Source: Promethearchaeota archaeon
GTDB taxonomy: Archaea; Asgardarchaeota; Odinarchaeia; Odinarchaeales; JBHLKK01
DNA: 24,765 nucleotides
Reading direction: 5' to 3'
NCBI GenBank assembly: GCA_048939465.1
Contig: JBHLPL010000017.1
Location: 1 to 24,765, forward strand
Shown here in pieces: positions 7,639 through 16,583 of the stretch (the stretch's first letter is position 1; every line of letters begins with the position of its first letter). Below the pieces are notes generated by a model. It was not told the origin of the DNA, ran no database searches, and saw only the letters and a program-made list of their open reading frames with translations. The position numbers were made by a program, and so were the translations under genes.

Positions 7639-7857
7639 CTTTCGTAAGGGACTTCCTCCCCCGGATTCTGAATCGATATTAACTCTCCTTTTGGAGTGAT
7701 AAAGACTGGGGAGATTCTGGGCCGATTCACTTCCCGCCTTGAGCCGCCACAGACTTCTGGATAACCCTCCCGTGAAGCATAAGTCAGAGGGGCTGTTACC
7801 CACGCAGACCTCTCCCTTTGATAGCCTCCCTGCTTTCGAGGTAACAGATCCTGGCCC
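7624..7857 (-). ncRNA. Candidate structured ncRNA (~234 nt) ending in repeat copy G; TnpB omegaRNA / IS200-IS605 right-end-like
   Basis: Several helices: GGGCC 7857-7853 with GGCCC 7723-7719; CUGUUACC 7847-7840 with GGUAACAG 7800-7793; CCCUCU 7791-7786 with GGAGGG 7770-7765; CUCCCC 7713-7708 with GGGGAG 7661-7656. Terminal CCCUUAC-GAAA-GCUAGGGG-UAGCUUAC matches the repeat family. TATA box TTAAATAT at 7880-7873. Confidence 0.5.
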
Positions 7858-7862
7858 TAAAT

Positions 7863-7882
7863 ACTTAAGAGGATATTTAAGT
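7863..7882 (-). promoter_or_regulatory. TATA box inside an inverted repeat, upstream of the candidate ncRNA
   Basis: Minus strand TTAAATAT at 7880-7873; ACTTAA (7863-7868) / TTAAGT (7877-7882) inverted repeat overlaps it. Confidence 0.45.
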
Positions 7883-8049
7883 GTAAAGCAATTCATCGCC
7901 ATGATTTCGAATGGCGTCTTCTTGCGATGAGCAGACAAAATCGTCTGGATGGGATTTTCTGAGAGCGTTATGGATGTGCTCTTAATTCTTCTTTATAGGC
8001 AACATATATTTAGCTTAGAAACCATTAATAGATTTGAGAGGAATTAATA

Positions 8050-9315
8050 ATGACCGCACCCGTAAGGATAGCCTTTGATGAAACTCATAACGAAGGGGGC
8101 AGACTTCAAACCACCTATTCAAAATTGAGAGAAAAACTTGAAGAGGAAGGGTTCAACTGCTTCAGCATAATCGACTTCCCCGTCGTTCTGAAGAAGCTCC
8201 AAGAGTTCAATATTCTCGTCATTGCAGGACCTGATCTTTCGAAGTTTCGTCAGACAGAAATTCAGGACATAATTAAGTTTGTTGATACGGGTGGTGGGCT
8301 GCTAGTTATGTCTGACGCCGGCGGCGACCGAGGACATATGACAAATCTAAATGGCATAACTACATCTTTTGGAATAAGATTCAATAACAATCAAGTGACT
8401 GATTCGAGGAATAATCTGGGAATAGATACAGTCCCTATAATAACTGATTTTAAAAACCACGAGATTGTAAAAGAAATAGATAAGGTCTGTTATCGAGCTG
8501 GCTGCAGCTTGGCTGTATCAGGCAATGCCCGCCCAATCGCACTCTCCAACCGTATAGCTAATCCGCAATCAGTCCCCATAATTGCAGTAACCGAATATGG
8601 ATTGGGAGCAGTAGTTGCGGTCGGAACATACGAGATGTTTCGTAACGAAGGATTGGGCGGAATTGATACACCACAGAACTCTCAGCTTGCATTGAATATA
8701 TTCCGCTGGTTCGCCAAGATGCCCAAAGTCATTCCCGTCGTTAGTGCGGAGGTCATCTCAGAGAAGCTCAAAATGGAAGAAGACTCACCAGCAGTATTAG
8801 AGGCTGATTCAGAAGCCCCTGCTCCTTCGATGAGAGATCTTATTCCGAGTGTCGTGGAACAGGTCAAAGCTCACTCATCTTCAATCAAAGAATTAGAGAA
8901 CCTACCTGCCGAAATTAAGAAGATCGGAAGTACTCAAGGAAAACTGAAAGCTTCTCTTAGAGATTATGAGGATCAGCTGAAATCCTTTGGAAATCTTAGG
9001 ACTCAGGTAGATGCAATTAATGAGAGAATTGGAAAAGCCGCTCCTATTGATGAAGTTAAGAAAGTAAAAGAAGCTTTGAACAGAATCAGAGGTGAAGTAG
9101 ACAATTCAGTGAAGATATCCGAAGAGAAATCCGAAAAAATGCTGGCCTTGAGCATTAAGATTGATGCTCTAAGCGAGAGAATTCAAGCTCTTGAAGGTAA
9201 CCTAGGGCAGATAGGCGAAAAGCTATCAGAATTGGAATCGGAGATTGCCAAACCAAAACGTCGAGGAAAAAGAAAGAAACGAAAGAAGTCTCAGAATTCT
9301 TCTTCTGAAGCTTGA
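8050..9315 (+). CDS. GIFT/DUF4350 (GldG/IFT52-like, class I GATase-like fold) domain protein with C-terminal coiled coil and basic tail
   Basis: IAFDETHNE, FNILVIAGP, IIKFVDTGGGLLVMSD, GAVVAVG..EMF are typical of this domain; residues ~270-400 are heptad-rich; tail KPKRRGKRKKRKK. Confidence 0.7.
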   Translation: MTAPVRIAFDETHNEGGRLQTTYSKLREKLEEEGFNCFSIIDFPVVLKKLQEFNILVIAGPDLSKFRQTEIQDIIKFVDTGGGLLVMSDAGGDRGHMTNLNGITTSFGIRFNNNQVTDSRNNLGIDTVPIITDFKNHEIVKEIDKVCYRAGCSLAVSGNARPIALSNRIANPQSVPIIAVTEYGLGAVVAVGTYEMFRNEGLGGIDTPQNSQLALNIFRWFAKMPKVIPVVSAEVISEKLKMEEDSPAVLEADSEAPAPSMRDLIPSVVEQVKAHSSSIKELENLPAEIKKIGSTQGKLKASLRDYEDQLKSFGNLRTQVDAINERIGKAAPIDEVKKVKEALNRIRGEVDNSVKISEEKSEKMLALSIKIDALSERIQALEGNLGQIGEKLSELESEIAKPKRRGKRKKRKKSQNSSSEA

Positions 9316-10295
9316 GCAAAACAATACACGAAAGTTAGAAAGAATAGTACGGCCGAGACTATAATCGCTATGGTCATAGCCACCAGGTTGAATCGGTAAA
9401 AGATTTCTATAACAAGGAATGTCGCACCGACCAAGATTCCCAAAGCAGTTATGCCTTTTCCGACTTCTCCCCATTTCAACCTCAGCAGAATGACAATACC
9501 CATAATCCCGAGAGAGGCGGGGTTAATATAGTCAAACAGAAATTGCATATTCCCTAGCTGAGGTAACCAAAGAAATGCAAACGTACAAAACAGAACTAGA
9601 TCGAGCACTCTGACCTTCCAGCCGGTGATCTCAAGAGCTTCGGAAACCGACTGACGCCTTAGCAGGTTACCTAGAAACCAGATAAACGAGCCAATCGTGA
9701 TAGAGTTCACAATCCAGATTGAAAACGCATATAACAGGCCGATTGAATCACTCCAGACAATCGTAATCCAGTTCCAAACAGGCAGATAAGCCGGGTAAAA
9801 TAGGGCTAGTAGGAGAATCGGGACGGCAGAGACAAAAATGAGGATGATTATCGTGTACCCTGCGAGAACTCTTCTGCTTCGATTCCAGGCAAAATCCGAA
9901 GCCAGCACGACTCTCCAAGCAGCCACCGCGCTCATGAACACACCCAGAGGTGGTGAAGCAAAAGGCAGCAGAAAGAACAGAGCAACAAATGAAGTGTTTA
10001 TTCCATAAAATATTATCCATCTTAGGGGTACAATTGTTGTCTTCTCTCTCCACACCTCAAAGGTGTTTGCAAGACGATTTCGATATATAAAGATAAAAAG
10101 CAGCCATGGCGAAGTGAAAACAATCGGCATAATCACATATTCAAGAAACACGCTCAGGAGCTCACTCCCCAGAAACTGCGGCGGGACAATTCGCGGACTA
10201 AAGAGCATCAAAATCACGAAATAGATTGGGAGGAACACAGCAGTAATAAATACGAGAAACCTAGAGATTTCAATACCTCTCCAGTAACTTGCCAC
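9291..10295 (-). CDS. Hypothetical polytopic membrane protein (~9-10 TM)
   Basis: 334-aa ORF made almost entirely of hydrophobic segments; GTG start; 3' end overlaps the convergent gene by 25 nt. Confidence 0.8.
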   Translation of the reverse strand: MASYWRGIEISRFLVFITAVFLPIYFVILMLFSPRIVPPQFLGSELLSVFLEYVIMPIVFTSPWLLFIFIYRNRLANTFEVWREKTTIVPLRWIIFYGINTSFVALFFLLPFASPPLGVFMSAVAAWRVVLASDFAWNRSRRVLAGYTIIILIFVSAVPILLLALFYPAYLPVWNWITIVWSDSIGLLYAFSIWIVNSITIGSFIWFLGNLLRRQSVSEALEITGWKVRVLDLVLFCTFAFLWLPQLGNMQFLFDYINPASLGIMGIVILLRLKWGEVGKGITALGILVGATFLVIEIFYRFNLVAMTIAIIVSAVLFFLTFVYCFAQASEEEF

Positions 10296-10438
10296 TGTTG
10301 AGCCACTCCGTTATCTAGGTTTAAGCGATGAACAATAAGATAAAGATTTTGTAAGAATGGTTAGAACATATGTTCTAATGAACTGGGCAAAAGGAAATAT
10401 ATGGACAGTGTATCTATTATAGACGATTGGGGATTCTT

Positions 10439-11245
10439 ATGTCTGAATTTCTACAAAGACTATGGGGAACTTCAGAAGAGAACAGGAGTCGCATAGTCCT
10501 GGCCCTCGACCTATCAACAGATTTAGCTACGGTAAATGAATTAGATCGAGACAAATCTCGTGAAGAGTTAGTCGAGGCCGCCTTGAGAGTGATTGAAGAA
10601 ACCCACGAACACGTTGCGGCAATAAAGATTAACAGACAACTTGTTCTGCCACTTGGATTGTTCGATCGTCTGCAAAGGATCATAAAAGCTGCAAAGTCCT
10701 TCAAACTCCCGCTTATAGTTGACTGCAAGATAAATGACGTGGGACACACAAATCTTTGGATTGCTCAACATTATTTTGCTGCTGGATTTGATGCCGTAAT
10801 CGCAAACCCATTTGTAGGCTGGGAAGGAGGGCTTGAAAGCGTTTTTGAACTCGCCCGTGGAAAAGGGAAGGGTGTGATACTCCTCGTCTACATGTCACAT
10901 CCCGCCTCTGGAGAAGGATACGGACAAACCGTATATGACCCAAACTCTGGTCTGAAGACATTTCAATATTTGATTTTTGCAGAGAAAGCTGCTAAATGGG
11001 AAGCAGATGGAGTAGTTTGTGGAGCAACCTTTCCAGAAAAAATCCGAGATGTTCGCAATGCTTTAGGTGATGAAATTCCAATCTTCTCCCCAGGCATTGG
11101 ACCTCAAGGAGGCTCAATGAAGGAGGCATTCGATGCGGGAACGAGCTTCGCAATCATAGGGCGTTCGATATATCAGGCGGAGGAGCCAAGACAGACCGTG
11201 CTATCTTTCAAGGAATCTATTAACCAGTTCCTGAAAGACCGGTAA
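10439..11245 (+). CDS. pyrF: Orotidine-5'-phosphate decarboxylase
   Basis: IVLALD, AAIKIN, catalytic DCKINDVGHTN (DxKxxD), VVCGATFP, SPGIGPQGG, IIGRSIY. ORF open from TTG 10427. Confidence 0.95.
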   Translation: MSEFLQRLWGTSEENRSRIVLALDLSTDLATVNELDRDKSREELVEAALRVIEETHEHVAAIKINRQLVLPLGLFDRLQRIIKAAKSFKLPLIVDCKINDVGHTNLWIAQHYFAAGFDAVIANPFVGWEGGLESVFELARGKGKGVILLVYMSHPASGEGYGQTVYDPNSGLKTFQYLIFAEKAAKWEADGVVCGATFPEKIRDVRNALGDEIPIFSPGIGPQGGSMKEAFDAGTSFAIIGRSIYQAEEPRQTVLSFKESINQFLKDR

Positions 11246-11268
11246 TGATCCCCGATTGTGATAACTGG

Positions 11269-12213
11269 TCACGTGGTTTCTTCTCTCTCTTGCATCTCCG
11301 TTGTCTTCCAATTTGACCACGATCTGCTAATTCCTTTGTAGTATATGTTCAGGATTACCGCTCCTGCAATGATCATAGTCGTTCCGATTACTCGAAGGTA
11401 GGAAACTGGAAAGACTATCTGTCCGTTAATTGGCAGAAGTATCATTTCTCCGAAAATGAATACGGCAGCGACCATAGGAATACATATGGAAAGACTTGTT
11501 ATCAACGGAATTGCAACTGCAGATCTTCCTTGAGACAAAGTGACTTGCTTCAAGATGAAACTTGTAGCAGTTAATGTTGCCAATCCCCAGAAGATTGGAT
11601 TTACAACTAATAACAAAGGATTCAAGAGTGACAGTGATTCGCTGCCGCTCTCGATGGTCATCCATTTTGTGAATATTTCTGCCAGACTATAGAGCAACCC
11701 TGCCGTTAGAGCAGAAATCAGAGCTTTCTTATTGCTAACACGACCCAAGAGTTGAATTCCAATAGCGACTGTTAGTAACGCACCCATTACAACAACCAAC
11801 ATTGAGAAGTCATAAACGTAAGTACCTGTTCTTTGAGGACTGTAACTTAGGAGAAAAACCCCAGTAATCATAGCAATTATTCCTAGCCATTCGGGTCTAT
11901 GGATTCGCTCCTTTAGCTTGGTCACTCCTATGAATATCACTACCATAGTATTCGCATTCATCAACGGGCGAACTACCACTAGATCACCGATGGCTACGGC
12001 CTGAACATAAATCAACCACGCAAGCATTCCTGTAAGAAGGCCAAGAACCCAAACCTTGTTGGAAAGTAGTTGCTTGAGGACTTTGAAGATTTCTCTTATG
12101 AATTGGCCAAAAGTTAGTGGAGAAACCCTTGCCAGAGCCTTCTTCTGCATTGAGGTGGCAGTCCCAGACAAAGAGGCAGCTATTAATGCGAGTATGACGT
12201 ATTCTCCACTCAT
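11269..12213 (-). CDS. EamA/DMT-family (NIPA-like) membrane transporter
   Basis: Two-repeat DMT architecture, QKKAL, GDLVVVRPL, LKERI..EWLGI, IFGE. Confidence 0.85.
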   Translation of the reverse strand: MSGEYVILALIAASLSGTATSMQKKALARVSPLTFGQFIREIFKVLKQLLSNKVWVLGLLTGMLAWLIYVQAVAIGDLVVVRPLMNANTMVVIFIGVTKLKERIHRPEWLGIIAMITGVFLLSYSPQRTGTYVYDFSMLVVVMGALLTVAIGIQLLGRVSNKKALISALTAGLLYSLAEIFTKWMTIESGSESLSLLNPLLLVVNPIFWGLATLTATSFILKQVTLSQGRSAVAIPLITSLSICIPMVAAVFIFGEMILLPINGQIVFPVSYLRVIGTTMIIAGAVILNIYYKGISRSWSNWKTTEMQEREETT

Positions 12214-12296
12214 ACGATTAGCCCTCAGGATTTTTGTTTAAAATTAGATGAGGATGATTTTAAAGATTGGGGCTTTCTTGGAAGGTATGTAGGCTA

Positions 12297-12494
12297 TTAG
12301 AGGCGTGATATTTCATTGAGAGGTACTTTGTGCCATGTTTCCTTTCGAATGAAGTGCCTTATTGCTTCGCGGATTGCCTCGCTTCTACTCGGATAGAGGC
12401 CCACTTCGACTAACGCATCTAGACCTTTAATGTAGGTTTCGGGCATTTTCACTGTGACGAGTTTTAACCATTCATCGACATTTTCTTCTTTCAA
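12297..12494 (-). CDS. Ribbon-helix-helix (CopG/Arc/MetJ) transcriptional regulator
   Basis: LVTVKMPETYIKGLDALVEVGLYPSRSEAIREAIR is the archaeal RHH signature; GGAGG SD before the TTG start. Confidence 0.9.
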   Translation of the reverse strand: MKEENVDEWLKLVTVKMPETYIKGLDALVEVGLYPSRSEAIREAIRHFIRKETWHKVPLNEISRL

Positions 12495-12622
12495 TGGTTA
12501 ATTTCCCTCCAATCGTTATGCCATTATTCGGGACTGAGAATAAAAACTTTTCGTCGGAAGAATTTCCAAAAAAAAGCCCACAAATTGATTAACTTGATTT
12601 TAAGGATCAGCCAGGTACTTTC

Positions 12623-13372
12623 CTAGGAATGCGGTTCTTCCTCTAATGATGCCCATAGGTACTCGAAGTAACCTGCCGATATACGAGCAAGACCCAAATG
12701 GTCAGACCAAATGCCAACTATTGGATTAACCAAGACTATCACTACTTCTTTGTAGTCAATTATGACGCCACCACCAAAAAGCTGTTCAGTTGTTTTGACC
12801 TCAGCCAGTCGACTGATCTTCTTGAAAAGGCTTTTGGGGAGGGATGTTACCAGAACCTTTATTGATACACCTTTATCGTTTAGGACATGGAGAACCGGGT
12901 ATATCATGTCCAAGACTTCGGGCGTAATTGTTGGCAAGGATGCCAAAACAGTTTTTTCAGCTTTGCCAAGCATTGCTTTAATCTTAGCAATGACTTTGTC
13001 TTCCCCGCGCAGAATCCAAACATCAGGCCTTTCAGCTTCTGTACTCTTATTGTAGAAAGGCTGCAGCTCCCTCAGTATTTCTGCTTCAATTCTCTCGAGC
13101 TCTTCCTGTTTTCTCAGCTTTACGTGTCTTAAGGTTTCTTCAGGAGAGGCGGATTTAAATCTCTTTGGACGCCCCCTTTCAATGAGAATCCATCCAGATT
13201 CCTCCAGACTGGTTAAGACATCATAAATCCTGCTCTCAGGAACTCCGCTTAGCCAACTGGCTTCTTTTGCCGATAGAGCTCCCTTCTCAATCAACGTCAG
13301 ATAAACTCGAGCTTCATTCGGCTTCAAACCCAGGGCTTTGAGCATTCTATCAACACGGTCACTGATTGACAT
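12623..13372 (-). CDS. TrmB-family transcriptional regulator
   Basis: LGLKPNEARVYLTL, SGVPESRIYDVLTSLEESGWI, GRPKRF wHTH, followed by a PLD-like effector domain. Confidence 0.92.
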   Translation of the reverse strand: MSISDRVDRMLKALGLKPNEARVYLTLIEKGALSAKEASWLSGVPESRIYDVLTSLEESGWILIERGRPKRFKSASPEETLRHVKLRKQEELERIEAEILRELQPFYNKSTEAERPDVWILRGEDKVIAKIKAMLGKAEKTVLASLPTITPEVLDMIYPVLHVLNDKGVSIKVLVTSLPKSLFKKISRLAEVKTTEQLFGGGVIIDYKEVVIVLVNPIVGIWSDHLGLARISAGYFEYLWASLEEEPHS

Positions 13373-13494
13373 CTTCTACTTATCTCCTTTTTCCATTAAG
13401 CTATCCTCAATCTTAAAGGTTACACCCGGTTTCAACATTTTCAGAAGTTTTTTATGTAACATGCTACATGAAAATATCTGGTGGAAACCACCTT

Positions 13495-14127
13495 ATGAGT
13501 GCCTCGGATGTACCCAAGGATCAGGAAGAAGAGAGGGAAAGACCCACACTTCTGAACAGGATTAGAACATATGTGAGAATTACCGGTATAAATGAAATCG
13601 CGAGACGGTATTTTGTAATGAATGCCTTCGATGGGGCCTTGACAATCCTTGGGATTATTATGGGTGCCTATGCAATAGGAGCCATCGATCCGAAAGTTAT
13701 TATAGGCGCAGGTCTCGGCGGAAGCTTAGCAATGGCAATCTCAGGAGTCAGCGGAGCTTATATGACCGAGAGCGCAGAGAGACTTAGAGAGTTAGAGAGA
13801 TTAGAGAAAGCGATGCTGAAAACACTGGACAATACTGTTCAGTCAAGAGCGATTAGATTCGCATCCATATATGTAGCCGTAGTGGATGGAGCAGCCCCAT
13901 TAGCTGTTTCAACGATTGCAATAGTTCCTTTCATTCTATCCCAAATAGGCCTTTTCGAAGTTGGGATTGCAGTTATTCTATCTGTAGGCGTTAATCTTCT
14001 TATACTCTTCTTGCTTGGTGGATTTCTAGGGAGAATCTCAAAAAGAAACGTAATCATCTCTGGTCTAAAGATGGCGGCCGCAGGGATCGGGACAGCACTT
14101 GTTGCATTGTTGCTGAATCTTCTGTAG
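13495..14127 (+). CDS. VIT1/CCC1-family metal (Fe/Mn) transporter-like protein
   Basis: RRYFVMNAFDGALTILG, AMAISGVSGAYMTESAE, LFLLGGFLGRIS. ORF open from 13468. Confidence 0.88.
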   Translation: MSASDVPKDQEEERERPTLLNRIRTYVRITGINEIARRYFVMNAFDGALTILGIIMGAYAIGAIDPKVIIGAGLGGSLAMAISGVSGAYMTESAERLRELERLEKAMLKTLDNTVQSRAIRFASIYVAVVDGAAPLAVSTIAIVPFILSQIGLFEVGIAVILSVGVNLLILFLLGGFLGRISKRNVIISGLKMAAAGIGTALVALLLNLL

Positions 14128-14173
14128 ACTACCCACTCTATCTGAAGGAGTCTCCTTGAGGTAGCTCAGATGA
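14124..14173 (-). repeat. Hairpin repeat copy F (stem decayed), filling the gap between convergent VIT1 and methyltransferase genes
   Basis: gtagactac-ccactctatctgaaggagtctccttgaggtagctcagatga; left half aligns to copy E, right 27 nt are 24/27 identical to copy D. Confidence 0.7.
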
Positions 14174-16234
14174 CTATGGACTTCCGTATCCGCAGCTCTT
14201 CAGAACCTCATAGAGAGTGCCTATTACTCGTTCAGGTTGTTCGACTTTCATCGCTTTGATCAGCGAAAGGTCCAATTCGTATCTATACTTTTCTCCCAAT
14301 TGATTCCACAGCGGAGGAATACGTTTATTCAGTATTTTATTGATACCATTAGATGTATCGTAGAAGCGTACAGTCTTGGGTCTTACATTGATAACAGGTA
14401 GTTCCAGATAATCACTTTCTAAGAGTCTTGTCCATCTGTCAGAGATTCTCCTGCCGAGCAAAACCAGCGCAGATATGAAAATCGTGCTGTTGAACCAGCC
14501 TACGAGGGGTTTAATGATTCGAGAATCTTCATCCTTGATTATGAAGAAGTTCTTAGATGCTGCCACCCGCTCCTCCGTGTAGTTGGCAAAAACGCTTCTT
14601 TTCGCAAAAGACAGGTCGACCTTATCTGGTACGAAAATCCGCCCATACGGCTTTTTGGAAATCATCTGTCGGTATACATGACTATACCAGTACTTGCCAT
14701 AAGCTCTCACGGATGGATCGGCCGTCCCAGATTCCTTACCCCATCTAATGTAGGCTTCCAAGTCTTTTGGGAGATGATTAGCTTCGTTTGGTGGAATTGA
14801 AATCATATAACTGCTTAAATTGGCCTCGATTGTATCACTGTAGAGACTAGGCTTGCGAAGGGTTCTTACAAAGAAGGCTTTATCCATAGTCAATCCATTC
14901 TCTTCGTCTCTGTTTTCTATTTCAATTGAATATTGATCATCTCTCAAGATTCGCCAGTATCTGTTTGGAATGAAGAAGAAATCGGGGCCATACATTTCAA
15001 CGCCCCGAACAATATTCTCTCTCCCAATCACATCATCCCAATATCCCATGGTACCGTTCTTTAGACCCTGTTGGAATATAGAAACCACAAGGTCCCTCAA
15101 TTCACTTCTCTCCAAAAGAGAAAGCCAATTGAAATCAAGGAATCTTGGGAGTTGATGGATACTAACAGGATTGAAATCCTCATTGGATGTCCCCTGAAGA
15201 GGAGTCTTTGTGCTTTCTCCAGCTTCAGTGCCTATTCTACCAAACAGTGTTGGTCCATTTTGAGAAGTACCCTTGATACAGGATAATATAACCTCCTTAA
15301 ACCCGCTATCTTCAGAGAATGAGGACCTGGAAGCACAACTTACAATCTGCAATACAGAATACTTCTCTTTCAGGAAGTTCCTGTACCCCTTTCCATATAT
15401 CGTGTAGAAGGTGGAAGCCGGAAGAACAGATACAAGTAATCCATTATCATTTAGAAAATAATCCACCAGGAACATGGACAATACTTGAAGACTTACTTCG
15501 CCCTTTGAGATGAAGTCACTATATCCCAAATCGCTTAGTTTATCAATTAAATAGCATCTGTATTCTTTTTCTAAGTACTTCCATCGCGTGAATGGAGGGT
15601 TTGTTGTCACAACGTCACTTCTAGGAAATTCCATACTCTTTCTCAAAGAGGAGCTAGCGGGGATTTCCCTAAAAGCATCACCAAGCTTAACCATGACTAG
15701 CTCTCTCTTTCCCTCCACTGCCTTCAACAAAGATGCGTAACCGACTAGAGCAGGCAGAGGCAAAAGTTCAATACCCCATATCTTGCTTATCCTATCAGCT
15801 CCTATTCTTCGAGCAGTGTTCGTCAGTGTTCGAGCCGACCCAAGGAAAGGGTCTGCGAGTACAATCTTCCTTTTTCTGTGAGTGTTCAGATAATTGCAGA
15901 TTATCGATGTCATATAGTCGATGGCATCTTTCAGCGAGTAATAGGCAGCGTATCTTTTCCTTATTCCATGTGGGATCTGTTTTTGAACGATTGTTTGGCA
16001 CTTTTCAATAGACATGTCTTCTTCCGGTATTTCGGAAATGATGTATCGGAGTTCATCAGAATTCAATTCCTTGAAATTATCCAGTACGGGGGCATCCCAA
16101 GTCTGCTGTAAGTCCGCTTCTGCATTCATATCGTAGTGCAATATAGTCCTTAGCGATGCAATCAGGATTCGAAAATTGATTGGAGTGAGAGGGACTATTC
16201 CGAGCTTTTTCATTATTTTCGCTTTTAATTTCAT
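14174..16234 (-). CDS. N6-adenine DNA methyltransferase (gamma class, Eco57I/TaqI-like, with C-terminal target-recognition region)
   Basis: RKRYAAYYS, motif I ADPFLGSA, motif IV TNPPF, long C-terminal TRD-like region; no N-terminal PD-(D/E)xK domain evident. AAGGAG SD before ATG 16234 (ORF open from 16297). Confidence 0.85.
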   Translation of the reverse strand: MKLKAKIMKKLGIVPLTPINFRILIASLRTILHYDMNAEADLQQTWDAPVLDNFKELNSDELRYIISEIPEEDMSIEKCQTIVQKQIPHGIRKRYAAYYSLKDAIDYMTSIICNYLNTHRKRKIVLADPFLGSARTLTNTARRIGADRISKIWGIELLPLPALVGYASLLKAVEGKRELVMVKLGDAFREIPASSSLRKSMEFPRSDVVTTNPPFTRWKYLEKEYRCYLIDKLSDLGYSDFISKGEVSLQVLSMFLVDYFLNDNGLLVSVLPASTFYTIYGKGYRNFLKEKYSVLQIVSCASRSSFSEDSGFKEVILSCIKGTSQNGPTLFGRIGTEAGESTKTPLQGTSNEDFNPVSIHQLPRFLDFNWLSLLERSELRDLVVSIFQQGLKNGTMGYWDDVIGRENIVRGVEMYGPDFFFIPNRYWRILRDDQYSIEIENRDEENGLTMDKAFFVRTLRKPSLYSDTIEANLSSYMISIPPNEANHLPKDLEAYIRWGKESGTADPSVRAYGKYWYSHVYRQMISKKPYGRIFVPDKVDLSFAKRSVFANYTEERVAASKNFFIIKDEDSRIIKPLVGWFNSTIFISALVLLGRRISDRWTRLLESDYLELPVINVRPKTVRFYDTSNGINKILNKRIPPLWNQLGEKYRYELDLSLIKAMKVEQPERVIGTLYEVLKSCGYGSP

Positions 16235-16583
16235 ATTCTTTCTCCTTCGATTATCGAGGGGACTTACAGGCCTTGTTAATCTGTAAATATGTGACAATTT
16301 GCTTTATTTAGCTTCTCTCGCGACTTCTCGAGGGTAGGATCAATCATCTCCGAAGTACTCATATCCTAATTCCGATTCCCTTATTATGTAGTCTCTACTA
16401 CGGAATAGATGTCCCGCTTTGGTCTGTGATATTGACTAGGACCGAGACACAAAAATAGGCAAATTCATCACAGATGATACCTTCTCTCGATGTTTTCTTG
16501 CCAAAATCCCCGCAAGAGTGTCATTCTGACACCACGAATAAAATATAATTTGGTGTTACTGCCCAATAATACACGGGAGAAAA

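Noticed and set aside
7648-7658. RNase P RNA (GAGGAAGUCCC, P4-like) on the minus strand; also ACAGAAGGAGCUUA at 2102-2115 on the plus strand
   Set aside because: Neither half-site has its partner P4 strand or the other conserved regions at a suitable distance on the same strand; both are explained by the hairpin repeat family.
7624-7857. SRP (7S) RNA, or a cobalamin/TPP/FMN/SAM riboswitch
   Set aside because: No helix-8 CAGG..GGAA..AGCAG motif, no complete riboswitch consensus, and no downstream gene on that strand to regulate.
7582-7938. 118-aa minus and 63-aa plus ORFs in the B3/4-GIFT gap
   Set aside because: No motifs, overlap with the B3/4 gene and with each other, and they coincide with a heavily base-paired segment.
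16298-16583. Several short inverted repeats and small ORFs upstream of the methyltransferase
   Set aside because: Stems are at most 5-6 bp with no shared motif, and ORFs are under 30 aa; no coherent element.
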